Source of the DNA: Candidatus Hydrogenedentota bacterium
Lineage (GTDB): Bacteria; Hydrogenedentota; Hydrogenedentia; Hydrogenedentales; JAEUWI01
NCBI GenBank assembly: GCA_034669905.1
Contig: JAXMOL010000010.1
Span: 64,001-128,000 of the forward strand
Direction: 5' to 3'
DNA: 64,000 nt
The notes under the pieces are model-generated. The model saw nothing but the letters and a program-made list of their open reading frames with translations. It made no database searches and had not been told where the DNA came from. Each line of letters opens with the position of its first letter. The first letter of the stretch is position 1. The position numbers were made by a program, and so were the translations under genes. Below are positions 27,529 to 37,531 of the stretch, in pieces.

Positions 27529-28395
27529 ATGCGAATCCTAATCGCCGGATGCGGCTATGTCGGTTCCGAACTGGCCCAACAGCTCCATGACCAGCACCAT
27601 GACGTCTTCGGACTGCGTCGCAACACCGCGAAGCTGCCCCAGGGCATTCACCCTGTCGCCGCGGATTTGAACGATCCGGCCACCCTCACGGCCCTGCCCG
27701 AAGCCATCGACTACGTGTTCTACGCCGCCAGTGCCAATGGCTACGGCGAGGAAGCCTACCGGGCGGCCTACGTCACGGGCCTGCAAAACCTCCTGGAGGC
27801 CCTGAAAGGCCAATCACCGCGCCATCTATTCTTCACCTCCAGCACGGGCGTCTACGCACAAAACGACGGCGAATGGATTGACGAGAACAGCCCCGCTGCG
27901 GCGGACCGACCGACGGCACAGGCCCTGCGCGATGGCGAGGACTTGGTTCACAATGCGGCGATCCCCGGCACCGTCGTGCGCTTCAGCGGCATCTACGGTC
28001 CCGACCGTACCCGGCTCATTAAACAGGTGGCCGACGGTACCGCGCGGCTGGAGCGGAACGGGACCCGCTACCTCAATCACATTCACCGGGACGACTGCGC
28101 GGGGTCCCTTGCGCACCTGATGACCCTGAAAAGCCCCGAACCCCTCTACCTTGCCACCGACAGCGAACCCCGCACACGTAACGCCTTTCTCACGTGGATA
28201 GCAGAAACGCTGGGGGTTCCTGCGCCGCCCTTTGCCGATGAAGACCAGTCCAACAGCCGCCCCTCAGAACGGGGTGGCAACCGACGCTATCGTAATGACC
28301 GGCTCCTCGAAAGTGGCTACACCTTTCAATACCCCACCTATCGCGAAGGCTACGGCGCACTCATCACCAACCGCGCTCAAGAGCCCAATACCTGA
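27529..28395 (+). CDS. NAD-dependent epimerase / atypical SDR (YeeZ-like)
   Basis: AGCGYVG, SSTGVY, RFSGIYGP, HIHRDD, YPTYREG. Confidence 0.88.
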   Translation: MRILIAGCGYVGSELAQQLHDQHHDVFGLRRNTAKLPQGIHPVAADLNDPATLTALPEAIDYVFYAASANGYGEEAYRAAYVTGLQNLLEALKGQSPRHLFFTSSTGVYAQNDGEWIDENSPAAADRPTAQALRDGEDLVHNAAIPGTVVRFSGIYGPDRTRLIKQVADGTARLERNGTRYLNHIHRDDCAGSLAHLMTLKSPEPLYLATDSEPRTRNAFLTWIAETLGVPAPPFADEDQSNSRPSERGGNRRYRNDRLLESGYTFQYPTYREGYGALITNRAQEPNT

Positions 28396-28459
28396 AAACA
28401 CGTTATCCCCTTTGCGCCAGTTTTTGGTTCGAAGTAACACACCTACGAAGGAATACCCC

Positions 28460-29767
28460 GTGCCCCGCAATTGGTCTAACATCCCCTTTCCCCCGGCCCG
28501 CTTCCCCTTTTTCTATGGGTGGGTGCTTCTCGCTGCGGCCACCATTGGCATCGTGGCCAGTATTCCCGGGCAGACCATGGGGGTGGGCATTTTCACCGAT
28601 TTCCTCATCGACGTCCTCGGCCTGACACGCAGCCAGCTCAGTCTGGCCTACGCCCTCGGCACCATCGTCAGCGGGTTTATGCTGCCCCTCGCGGGCACCT
28701 GGCTGGACCGCTTCGGCATTCGTATTGCCGGTTCGGTCGCCGCCGTGGGCCTGGGCCTCAGCCTGGTACTCCTGGCAAGGATTACCCAGATTATCGACGC
28801 CCTTCCCATTGGACCCTTCGTCGCTATCTTTGTATGCTTCCTCTGCCTGCGCTTTTTCGGGCAAGGCTGCATCACCATGACCGCCCGCGTCGCCGTGGGA
28901 AAATGGTTTGATAAGCGGCGGGGACGGGCCGTGGCACTTATGGGTATCGTAACGGCCTTCTCGTTCAACGCAAGTCCGAACTTTTTGAATTATCTCGTGC
29001 GCACCTATGAGTGGCACGGCGCAGCGCTCATCCTGGCCGCCCTGGTCGGACTGGGCATGACCGCCATTACCCTCCTCTTTTACCGGGACACCCCCGAAGC
29101 GTGCGGGCTCACCATGGATGGCCACATCGAGGTGGAAGAAGCCCCGGATGAAGACGCCCCCACGCCAGTAGCAACCCGGGATTTTACCCGGGGCGAAGCC
29201 GCGCGGACGCTCGCTTTCTGGGCCTTTTCGTTCGGACCCGCCGCGCAGGGGCTGGTAATGACCGCGGTCACTTTTCATATGGCGGCCCTGGGCGCCGAAG
29301 CCGGCCTGACGCGAAAAGAAGCCTACGCCCTCTTTATCCCCATGGCCTTCATCAGTGTGGTGACCAACACGGTCGGTGGCTGGTTGAGTGATCGCATCGC
29401 GCTGAAATGGCTCCTCGGGTTCATGATGGTGATGCAGGCCGCCGGAATCGTGGGTCTCGCCTACCTGGATAGCGCGGCCGGGCGTACCCTCTTCTTCATC
29501 GGCCATGGTGCCTCGGGCGGTCTCTTTGCCGTGCTCACCACGGTGACCTTTCCCAAGTTTTTCGGGCGCGCCCATCTCGGTGCTATCAGCGGAATCAACA
29601 TGACCATCATGGTCTTCGCCAGCGCCCTGGGGCCCTATCTGTTCAGCGCGGGATTCGACTACTTCGGGTCCTACCGCGCAGTCACCCTGGCCTGCCTCGT
29701 CATGCCCGTCACCATCACCTTCCTCGGTTGGATAGCCCGTGACCCCCAGAAATTGCCCCGCGACTAA
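28460..29767 (+). CDS. MFS transporter
   Basis: FFYGW, PGQT, motif A (GTWLDRFG; GWLSDRI), about 12 hydrophobic segments. GTG start after AAGGA. Confidence 0.88.
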   Translation: MPRNWSNIPFPPARFPFFYGWVLLAAATIGIVASIPGQTMGVGIFTDFLIDVLGLTRSQLSLAYALGTIVSGFMLPLAGTWLDRFGIRIAGSVAAVGLGLSLVLLARITQIIDALPIGPFVAIFVCFLCLRFFGQGCITMTARVAVGKWFDKRRGRAVALMGIVTAFSFNASPNFLNYLVRTYEWHGAALILAALVGLGMTAITLLFYRDTPEACGLTMDGHIEVEEAPDEDAPTPVATRDFTRGEAARTLAFWAFSFGPAAQGLVMTAVTFHMAALGAEAGLTRKEAYALFIPMAFISVVTNTVGGWLSDRIALKWLLGFMMVMQAAGIVGLAYLDSAAGRTLFFIGHGASGGLFAVLTTVTFPKFFGRAHLGAISGINMTIMVFASALGPYLFSAGFDYFGSYRAVTLACLVMPVTITFLGWIARDPQKLPRD

Positions 29768-29859
29768 GCGGTCAAAATCGCGTGCCATTCTCGTTCTGCC
29801 GAATACCGACCCCGTGACGGTACGATATCTCAGGAAGTACCAGATTGTTCCACGAACAC

Positions 29860-30356
29860 ATGTTACGGGATTTCAGCCCTATAAAGAACACCGCGTATAC
29901 TTAGGCCTTCGGCCTGGGCTGGTATGTTACCGCGCCGTTGGCGCTCATAGGGCTGTAATGGAGAGTACCGCTGGAGTTCCGGAGGGCCAAAGGCCCGTAA
30001 ACATACCAGCATGGGCCAACGGCCGATGAACCGGGCCTGTACAAAAAATCAAGGGCTGAAGGCCTGTTCCATATCCTGCGCCAGGTACCCGAGTATTCCC
30101 GCAGGTTCCGAATTTCGCGCCGAAGGGTAAAAGAGTGAAGAGCACCCTTTAAATCAGGCAGATGGAATGTTACACGTCGCATGCTCAGGGGGCAGGCGAT
30201 AACCTATGTGTTGCCGAGCCGTTGGTCCTCGGTTGCGCATGTAAACATCGCATTGACGAATCATTCAGCGCCAAAGCCGCAATCCATATCAGTCTTGGGC
30301 GAAGCCCCAAGAACAAACGAATAAAAAGCGCGAACGCGACTGAAAACCCGCGCCAT
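29860..30356. repeat. Cluster of REP-like double-hairpin repeats
   Basis: Long units at 29901-29945 (-), 29983-30028 (+), 30267-30312 (+); short AGGGCTGAA-type units at 29860-29880 (-), 30052-30074 (+), and a degenerate one near 30327-30356. Confidence 0.8.
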
Positions 30357-30407
30357 CTGATGGCCGAATAAACGGCTTCAATAATGCATCAGATCATGCG
30401 CAACCGG

Positions 30408-30815
30408 TCAGCGTCCCTGCCAGACGGCTCCGCATTTTCGGCAGGTGAAACCCTTCACAAGGAAAAACCAGGCCACACCCAAGGTGGATAGCATCAGGAA
30501 TCGCTGCGCGCCCGTCATGGGTCCCCGGGTGACCATCACCGACTGACAGCGCGGACAACGGCGATAGGAAGTATCATCGGCATCGACATATTCATCCATG
30601 TCCACTTCGGTCGCCGTGGCATCCAGCAGTTCCCGGGTGCGGGCCACATCCTCGGCCCCCACCTTCAGCACATAGCCCGAGCCGCCCATGCCCGCATAGC
30701 GACTCACCCGATGGACCGAGGCCGTGATACCTTCCGACTCCAACATGCTCTGTACCAGACAGGCTGAGGCACTTTCAGGATAGCGCTGTACTTCCACCCG
30801 CGGGGGCGTCGTCAT
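30408..30815 (-). CDS. Hypothetical protein (DUF2007-like N-terminus; two CxxC pairs flanking a hydrophobic segment)
   Basis: LVQSMLESEGI, CPRCQS, CRKCG. Confidence 0.65.
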   Translation of the reverse strand: MTTPPRVEVQRYPESASACLVQSMLESEGITASVHRVSRYAGMGGSGYVLKVGAEDVARTRELLDATATEVDMDEYVDADDTSYRRCPRCQSVMVTRGPMTGAQRFLMLSTLGVAWFFLVKGFTCRKCGAVWQGR

Positions 30816-30819
30816 GACC

Positions 30820-31473
30820 TTAGCTCCCTTCGGTCATCAAGGAATAGATGGTCTCCGGATCCGTCGCCGCTAACAGGGCCTCCCGCACTCCGGAAACCTT
30901 CACCAGCGAGCTGATAGCTGCCAGCGCCTTAAGATATTGGGTGTGTTGGTTATCCCGCGCCGCCACCATACAGATTATCTGCACCGGCCGCTCATCCAGC
31001 GAGGCATAATCCTCAATGGCCCGTTTGTTAACCCCTACCGCCAACACCAGATTGCGCACCGATGCAAGTCGGACGTGCGGCACGCCGATACCGAATCCGA
31101 TACCCGTGCTCATGAGGGCTTCCCGCTCGAAAACTTCCCGGCGGAGCGCTTCGGGATCTTTTATCTCCCGCGCCGTCGAAAGGCTGTCCACCAACGCGTT
31201 CAACGCTTCCTCTTTGCGATGGACATCCAATACCAGCACCCGTTCGGGCACCAGAATATCTCGCAGCGTGATGGCTTCGCTCCGTACCGGTTGCTTCGGC
31301 TGACTTAACTTACTGTCCACCCATTTTTCCACGTCGGCGCGTTTAAAACGCCAGTTTGTACCCAATTTCCCACAGGGAATCTCGCCCTTGTTGGCCCAGT
31401 CATACACGGTCCGCTCGGAAACACGGAGAAATTCCGCCACTTCTTCCAAGGTCAACAGTTCATAATCAGACAC
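30820..31473 (-). CDS. Excisionase-type HTH fused to a PTS EIIA(Ntr/Fru-type) domain
   Basis: LTLEEVAEFLRVSERTVY, WRFKR; REALMSTGIGFGIGVPH (phospho-His); CAGGAG RBS. Confidence 0.9.
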   Translation of the reverse strand: MSDYELLTLEEVAEFLRVSERTVYDWANKGEIPCGKLGTNWRFKRADVEKWVDSKLSQPKQPVRSEAITLRDILVPERVLVLDVHRKEEALNALVDSLSTAREIKDPEALRREVFEREALMSTGIGFGIGVPHVRLASVRNLVLAVGVNKRAIEDYASLDERPVQIICMVAARDNQHTQYLKALAAISSLVKVSGVREALLAATDPETIYSLMTEGS

Positions 31474-31802
31474 GGGTCAGGCTCCTGCAGGTCGTTCGCG
31501 ACGGCAAGCCCCCTCCTATCACTAGAGGGCAGCATGCGCATCAATTTCCACGTCACCGACAGTATACCACACCCACGTGCACGGAGAACATGATATGCCA
31601 TCAAAGGACATTATATGTCATCATCTGCAACTATATTCTTATACACTCTCTTGACCAAGTGGCTCCACGACGGCGTTCTGCCCCCAGGGCTACCGTCTCA
31701 CTGTCTTCGCCCAAAGCCGCCGGCGGGACGGTGGAAGTTGCATCCAGCGCGGAATGGCCCGTACCATAAGCGCCTGCACCCTTGATGGCTTTGGAGGCTA
31801 CT

Positions 31803-31952
31803 ATGATTTTCACAGACGCACTCTTGCGTATATTCGATTTCGTTCGTGCCATGTTGTTGGCGGGCCAGGTGCCCCAGGACAACACGGAGGGGACTATCTA
31901 CAATGCCCTGAATTTTCTCCTGAACCTTTTCTCGGCCTTCTTCACCTTTTAG
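31803..31952 (+). CDS. Small 49-aa hydrophobic protein (absent from the ORF track)
   Basis: GGAGG 5 nt before ATG; MIFTDALLRIFDFVRAMLLAGQVPQDNTEGTIYNALNFLLNLFSAFFTF; fills the gap before comEC. Confidence 0.6.
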   Translation: MIFTDALLRIFDFVRAMLLAGQVPQDNTEGTIYNALNFLLNLFSAFFTF

Positions 31953-31991
31953 GGAACAGAACATGGGGGCGATAGCGCGGAGTACCGGACG

Positions 31992-34346
31992 ATGAACCGG
32001 CCGCTGCTGTGGGCGGCTCTCGCCTTCGCCGGGGGGATCGGGGCGGTCGAATTTGCGGCCCATTCCTTTACCCTGATTACCGGCCTGGCCCTGCTGGCCG
32101 CCTGGCTTGCCCCCCACCGCCTGCCCTGCCGGGATGGCTTTCTGGTGGCCCTTATCTTCTTCGTCGCAGGCGCCGCCTGGATGACAATCCGCACCCCGGA
32201 ACAGCACCCCGACGCCCTGGCGCACTACGCGACCGCCCACCCCAACGCCCCCTACACCCTCTATGGCGTCGTAGTGGATGCGCCCGTATTTACGCCGAGC
32301 ACCGAATACATGGCGGTTCGTGTGAAGGTAACCCACGGCACGGCGGGCCGCGAGTCCATACCGGCCCCGGCGGGGGTCCTCCTCCGTTGGTCCAATCCCA
32401 CCCGGGCTCTCCACCCCGGCGAACACATTCGCATGGCGGGCCGCCTTTCCCCGGTGATGGGGGAGGTGAATCTGGGTGTCCGGGGGATGGAGGACTACTA
32501 CCGCCGCTATGGTTACCACAGCACCCTGCGCGCACGGAGCGATGGCGTGGCACACCGTTCCTCCCCGACCTTTCACCTCCGCTATTGGGCCTCGCGACTC
32601 CGCCAGTGGGAGGCCCATGTCTTCGAGCAAACAGCCCCGCCTTCGGCCCGCCCCCTCCTGCGGGCCGTGTGGCTGGGCGACAAAAGCAGCCTGTCGACGG
32701 CCTCGTATGCGCCCTTCCTGCAGACCGGGACCGCCCACATCCTCGCCGTCTCCGGTGTTCATATCGGCATTCTCTACCTGACGCTGCAGCTGGCTCTGCG
32801 GGGCATTCTCCCCCACCGCAAGGGCCGGGCGGCCGTTATCCTCTTATGTGTCATCGTCTTTGCCCTGGTGACCGGCGCACGCACCCCTATCCTGCGGGCC
32901 ACCATCATGCTGGGCCTCTATCTCTGGGCCGAGTTTCTCGACCGCGAACCCGATGCCCCCACGGCCTTGAGCCTGGCCGCCCTCTTTTTTCTGGGCTACA
33001 ACCCGGCCCTCCTTGGAGACGGCGGTTTCGCCCTCTCCTTTTCAAGCCTGGGTTCCCTGCTTATTTTCAGCCAACCCCTGGCGGAACGGCTCTTGGCCCT
33101 CCCCCGCAGCCTCCGTCAAAATGTCGCCGCCACGGTGGGCGTATCCATTCTTCCCCTGCCCGTGACCGCCAATACTTTTCATGTGCTCAGCCTCATTGGC
33201 CCCCTGTGTAATCTGCTGGTCATCCCCCTGCTCACCGCCCTGCTCTGGCTTGCTTTGCTGACCATCCTGGTAGCCCCCCTCTCTCTCGGCGCTGCCAGTA
33301 TTTTCGGGCACGCCGCCGCACCCGTCGTGTGGGCCATACAGACCATCGCTACCTGGGGTGCCGCCATTCCCTTCGGCCATCGCTCCGTGACAAGCCCGAC
33401 CTGGATTGCCACCATCGCCTACGCCCTCCTGGCCTTGCTCCTGTACCGCGCCATCATCGACTCCGTCAATGCACGACGTCTCCTGATGCAGGCAGGTGCC
33501 TGTCTCGTGCTGACCTGGCTCCTCTGGCAGCCCTTGAGCCGTCCCGCCACCATGGACTTCCTCGATGTGGGCCACGGGGATGCCACCTTCATCCGCACGC
33601 CCGAGGGCATCACCCTTCTCGTGGATGGTGGCAATCGCAGTGACTACATCGATCAGGGGGGACGGACGGTCCTACCGTGGCTCTTGGCCCAGGGAATCGA
33701 TCGGCTCGACTACGTGGTTGCAACCCACCCCGACCGGGATCACGTGGGGGGACTACTTGCGGTGGTGGACACCCTGGAGGTTGGGGAAGTGCTGCTGTGG
33801 CCCTGGCCTTCGGACGATGAGGATGCCCGCGCCCTGGTCGCACGGTGTGCTGCGAATCAGATTCCCCTCCGGCGGGTCGGCTACGGGGACCGCCTCCGTT
33901 GGGACAAAACAACGATAGATCTGTTGCACCCGCCCGACGATGCGACCCTGTCATCCGTGAACGATCAGTCCCTCGTGCTCCACGTACGGTGGCCCGGCAT
34001 GAACGCGCTGCTCACCGGCGATATTGAAGCCCCGGCGGAACGGATGCTCCTGCCCCATGTGCCCCCGGTCGATATCCTGAAAGTGCCCCACCATGGCTCC
34101 CACACCTCCAGCACCGACGCCTTACTGCGGGCAACGAAACCTCAGATCGCCATCGTGTCCACCCGTGCCGGCCGCACCCGGGAAGCCATGGCCCCGTCTG
34201 TCATCGCGCGCTACGAAGCCCATGCCATCCCCCTGTTCCGCACCGACTATCTCGGCGGCATCCAGGTACGTGTCGAAGGCGAGACCATACAGGTTCGGAG
34301 TGCCCGGGAGGTCCGTGGCTACTCGCTGCCCCCCACGGTGCCCTGA
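31992..34346 (+). CDS. comEC: DNA uptake channel ComEC/Rec2
   Basis: HILAVSGVH, FALSF, LDVGHGD, THPDRDHVGG, NDQS, TGDIE, KVPHHGS, RTD. Confidence 0.93.
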   Translation: MNRPLLWAALAFAGGIGAVEFAAHSFTLITGLALLAAWLAPHRLPCRDGFLVALIFFVAGAAWMTIRTPEQHPDALAHYATAHPNAPYTLYGVVVDAPVFTPSTEYMAVRVKVTHGTAGRESIPAPAGVLLRWSNPTRALHPGEHIRMAGRLSPVMGEVNLGVRGMEDYYRRYGYHSTLRARSDGVAHRSSPTFHLRYWASRLRQWEAHVFEQTAPPSARPLLRAVWLGDKSSLSTASYAPFLQTGTAHILAVSGVHIGILYLTLQLALRGILPHRKGRAAVILLCVIVFALVTGARTPILRATIMLGLYLWAEFLDREPDAPTALSLAALFFLGYNPALLGDGGFALSFSSLGSLLIFSQPLAERLLALPRSLRQNVAATVGVSILPLPVTANTFHVLSLIGPLCNLLVIPLLTALLWLALLTILVAPLSLGAASIFGHAAAPVVWAIQTIATWGAAIPFGHRSVTSPTWIATIAYALLALLLYRAIIDSVNARRLLMQAGACLVLTWLLWQPLSRPATMDFLDVGHGDATFIRTPEGITLLVDGGNRSDYIDQGGRTVLPWLLAQGIDRLDYVVATHPDRDHVGGLLAVVDTLEVGEVLLWPWPSDDEDARALVARCAANQIPLRRVGYGDRLRWDKTTIDLLHPPDDATLSSVNDQSLVLHVRWPGMNALLTGDIEAPAERMLLPHVPPVDILKVPHHGSHTSSTDALLRATKPQIAIVSTRAGRTREAMAPSVIARYEAHAIPLFRTDYLGGIQVRVEGETIQVRSAREVRGYSLPPTVP

Positions 34347-35086
34347 CCCAGCGCCGTTACGGCACCATTCTTGTCCGATTGGACAGCGGCCACGACGCGC
34401 ATGGCTTTCACGTTCCAGTCAGACTTCCAGGGCAAAGATACGGTATAGGTGGCGAGGTCGGTCTCAGAAATATCGTAGCGGGTATAGGAACGGACCACCG
34501 CCTGATGGACCATTTTCTTCCCCTTGTTCTCGCCCGCAGTGACCTCACTCTGCAGTCCATCTTCGGCCAGGGCAATCCAGAGCACCCTTCCCGGCTCGGG
34601 TTTCACATCGCCGTTGATGGCAATGGCCACCGTGTCGGCACCGTCTTTCCGCTGCGCGGAAACCTGGAGTACCACCTTGGCACGGGTCGCAGCATCCTGA
34701 ATCGCCTTCATCGCGCTCCTCCGATCGCTGCCGACAAATCCCTTCTCGCCATTGACCACCATCTGGGGCGTGTAGACCCGCTCTTCCTTGTGAATTCCCG
34801 CATAGGCCTGTTGACGCAGGCTGAAGGTCTTGTCCCCAAAGGGGTCTTTCCACCCCAGGTGATCCCAGTAGTCCACATGATAGGCCAGGGCGACAACCGT
34901 GCTATCGGCGAAGGGCTGGGTGCTGTGCAGGGCCGTGAGCAGACGGTCGGCGGGCGGACAACTGGAACACCCTTCCGAGGTAAACAGTTCGACAAGCACC
35001 AACTCTTTTTCAGCCGCCTGCGCACCTGTAGAAGCAGACAATAGGGACAGCAGCAGAACGACGAGACAAACACATCGATTGAACAT
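34319..35086 (-). CDS. Secreted DUF1223 thioredoxin-like protein
   Basis: VELFTSEGCSSCPPAD, HVDYWD, WKDPF, YTPQ, GENKG; GAGGAG RBS before ATG 35086. Confidence 0.88.
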   Translation of the reverse strand: MFNRCVCLVVLLLSLLSASTGAQAAEKELVLVELFTSEGCSSCPPADRLLTALHSTQPFADSTVVALAYHVDYWDHLGWKDPFGDKTFSLRQQAYAGIHKEERVYTPQMVVNGEKGFVGSDRRSAMKAIQDAATRAKVVLQVSAQRKDGADTVAIAINGDVKPEPGRVLWIALAEDGLQSEVTAGENKGKKMVHQAVVRSYTRYDISETDLATYTVSLPWKSDWNVKAMRVVAAVQSDKNGAVTALGQGTVGGSE

Positions 35087-35129
35087 GATAAAAACTCCTC
35101 TGATTTGTGTCGTACACGGTCGCGCGAAA

Positions 35130-35753
35130 CTACGCGACCGGGCGCACCTTACCCGCGCGCCGGCAGATGGCATCAAACAGCGCGGATACGGGCGCTATCC
35201 CATAGTCCGCAAAATTCTTGGGGTTGGACCAGAATTCATCCAGACATCCCCGGCGCTCCAGTTCGTAGCACCACACCTTGATCATCATCTGGGCCTTGTC
35301 GAGTCCGCGAAGCAGCCGGGCCTCGGGGCTTTCTGCGGCATCGAACTCGACATGGAGGGCCGCCAGGTTCCCTGGCAAGTCCGCCAGCATTTCCTCGGCA
35401 ATCGCTTGTTCCGCCGCCTGCTTCGCCGCCTTGAGATGCGCATCGGCCACGGGCATAGGAATATCCATCAGGCGCGCCTCCGCCAAATCATGGACCAGCG
35501 CCATGGCCAGCACCCGGTCGCGATTGAAGGTCTCGGGGTAGCGTTCCACAAACAGCAGGGCCAGAAGTGCCATGAAGTGACTGTGGGCAGAAACCGATTC
35601 CGGCTCGGTAACCCCGCGCATCACATAGCCCGCCCGTGGAACTCTGTCCAGGGGGTGGATGGTGCGAAAGAGTGTCAGTACCGACTCCGTAAACCCGTCA
35701 TCCACCGCCGCGCCGTTCCGTTCGTCAATCGGTGATATCAAGAGAGGCTCCAT
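35130..35753 (-). CDS. HD-domain 5'-deoxynucleotidase-like hydrolase
   Basis: RAGY, ESVSAHS, LVHDLAE, LDK. Confidence 0.85.
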   Translation of the reverse strand: MEPLLISPIDERNGAAVDDGFTESVLTLFRTIHPLDRVPRAGYVMRGVTEPESVSAHSHFMALLALLFVERYPETFNRDRVLAMALVHDLAEARLMDIPMPVADAHLKAAKQAAEQAIAEEMLADLPGNLAALHVEFDAAESPEARLLRGLDKAQMMIKVWCYELERRGCLDEFWSNPKNFADYGIAPVSALFDAICRRAGKVRPVA

Positions 35754-37437
35754 CTTCTTCCGTCGCCACGTCCGTCGCCTCGGTGCCCATGGCCCCCTCC
35801 AGCGCGTCCTTCAGGGCGCCGTTGTCACCCGGCAGTGGGGCCTTGTCTGGCTCCCCATCGGTGCGGTCAAAGTCTTCCGGAAGGGCCTCAAAAAAGTCGT
35901 CTTCAAAGTGGGCCTGCTCTTCGGCCATACGCTCCGGTTTATTTTGCGCCCGGGCCTCGCGCAAGGCCACCAACTGGGCCTGCATGTTTTCCAATGCCAT
36001 TGACCAGGTTCTGGCGGCCGCGCCGTTCTCCGCACCCCCTTCCGGCTTCGTCGCCCGAAGCGAATCAAAAGCCGCTTCCAGCAGGCCAATGCGATGCTCC
36101 AATTCGCCCGCCTGAATACTCGCCTGGGCCATTTGACTGGCGGTTTCATAGCGCAGGGCATCCATTTCCGCCGTCTGAATCGCCAGCACTTTCCGGGTCT
36201 TCGCCCATTCGAACTCGACGCCCTTCAGACGCTCGCGGGTACCCACCAGCGTATCGCGCATCTGTTGCTGGGCCAGTTTCGCATCGGATAGGGCGTCCCG
36301 CAATTGGGCCGCCTGTCCTGCGTCCGCCGCCCGCGCCTCCGACGCCGCGCCCAATCCATCCACAAGATCTTTCACGTCGGATTCGAGATCATGGCACAAA
36401 GACGCATGCTGTTGGCCCATCACCGTGAGGCTTTCCACCGCTTCGGCAATGGCGCGCTGCGCCTGGGCCAACTCTGCCTGTAGTGCCGTCGTGTCATCCG
36501 AGGACATCCGTATCGCGCTCAGCTCGCCCTGTAAACGGGCCTGCTGGGCCATCGCATACTCGGCTTCCTCCTGGAATAATGCTATCTGACTCTCCGCCAT
36601 GGCCTGGGCAGACGTCGCTTCCTCCAGCGCCTTCATCGCCTCACCCAACTGATCCCGGGCGGCCACGGCATCGGCCTGGATCACCGACGCCTTACGCGCT
36701 ACGGCCTCTTTCTCGGCTATCGTTGCCGCCAGCGATGCCTCCAGCCGGGCCACTTCGGCGGTCGCCGCATCCGCTTGCTGTTGCAGGGCCGCCACCCGCG
36801 CTTCCGCCAATTCTGCGGCGCGTTGGGCGGCTCCGGCGGCCAGGCCAGACGCTTCCAATTGCTCCTGCAGGGCATCGCGCTGCCGCTGCAATTCCTGGGC
36901 CGCCTCTTCCAGGGCCCGCACCCGATCCACGGCCTTACTGTCACCGGCGACCAGGCGGGGTTCCATGGCGACTACCCGGGCAGAGGCCAAACGGTTGACC
37001 AGGGAAACCGGTAGTTGGGAGAGCCGGTTGGGGTGTACGCTTGACGCGATGACCACCGGGTGCTGATAGGCGAGAAAGGTCTCGATCACGGCATCAAGGC
37101 GACGAACCTCGGCATCGAAGCGCTCCAGCCCATCAACGAGCAATATGGCGCGACGGCCTTGCAGGGGCGAGCTGTCTTCTACCAGGCCCCGCACTTTCTC
37201 GGGAATATCGTCGGGCGTGATCAGCGCCAATCCCGCGGGCAACGTGCCGGCCCGCACCTGTTTGGCAATGGCCCAGAGCAGGTGACTTTTACCGCTGCCT
37301 TCGGGTCCCAACAGCACCACCAGCGCTGGCCCCATCTCCTCCAACAGGGCGATTCGCCGACATACGGTATAGGCCTCCTGGTTCCCGGGGGCCACCTGAA
37401 AGGTATCGAAACTTCGTCCCTTCATAACTGCCTTCAT
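35725..37437 (-). CDS. DnaA/Hda-like AAA+ domain fused to a long coiled coil
   Basis: SFDTFQVAPGNQEAY, Walker A GPEGSGKSHLL, ILLVDGLE, LVNRL; then a long A/E/Q/L-rich region. Confidence 0.75.
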   Translation of the reverse strand: MKAVMKGRSFDTFQVAPGNQEAYTVCRRIALLEEMGPALVVLLGPEGSGKSHLLWAIAKQVRAGTLPAGLALITPDDIPEKVRGLVEDSSPLQGRRAILLVDGLERFDAEVRRLDAVIETFLAYQHPVVIASSVHPNRLSQLPVSLVNRLASARVVAMEPRLVAGDSKAVDRVRALEEAAQELQRQRDALQEQLEASGLAAGAAQRAAELAEARVAALQQQADAATAEVARLEASLAATIAEKEAVARKASVIQADAVAARDQLGEAMKALEEATSAQAMAESQIALFQEEAEYAMAQQARLQGELSAIRMSSDDTTALQAELAQAQRAIAEAVESLTVMGQQHASLCHDLESDVKDLVDGLGAASEARAADAGQAAQLRDALSDAKLAQQQMRDTLVGTRERLKGVEFEWAKTRKVLAIQTAEMDALRYETASQMAQASIQAGELEHRIGLLEAAFDSLRATKPEGGAENGAAARTWSMALENMQAQLVALREARAQNKPERMAEEQAHFEDDFFEALPEDFDRTDGEPDKAPLPGDNGALKDALEGAMGTEATDVATEEDGASLDITD

Positions 37438-37531
37438 TGGTTGTACGACGCGTCTGATGTGCCGGATTGCACGAGGCCCATTCTAACACAGACCACTGGC
37501 AAACGACCCAGTCCAGCCGGAAAAACACGGC

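Noticed and set aside
29768..30407. Autonomous IS200/IS605 element
   Set aside because: Repeats are present but no HUH transposase ORF or recognisable remnant.
30820..31473. Excisionase as a prophage or ICE marker
   Set aside because: The HTH is fused to a PTS EIIA domain, a known chromosomal regulator type, and no integrase or att site is visible.
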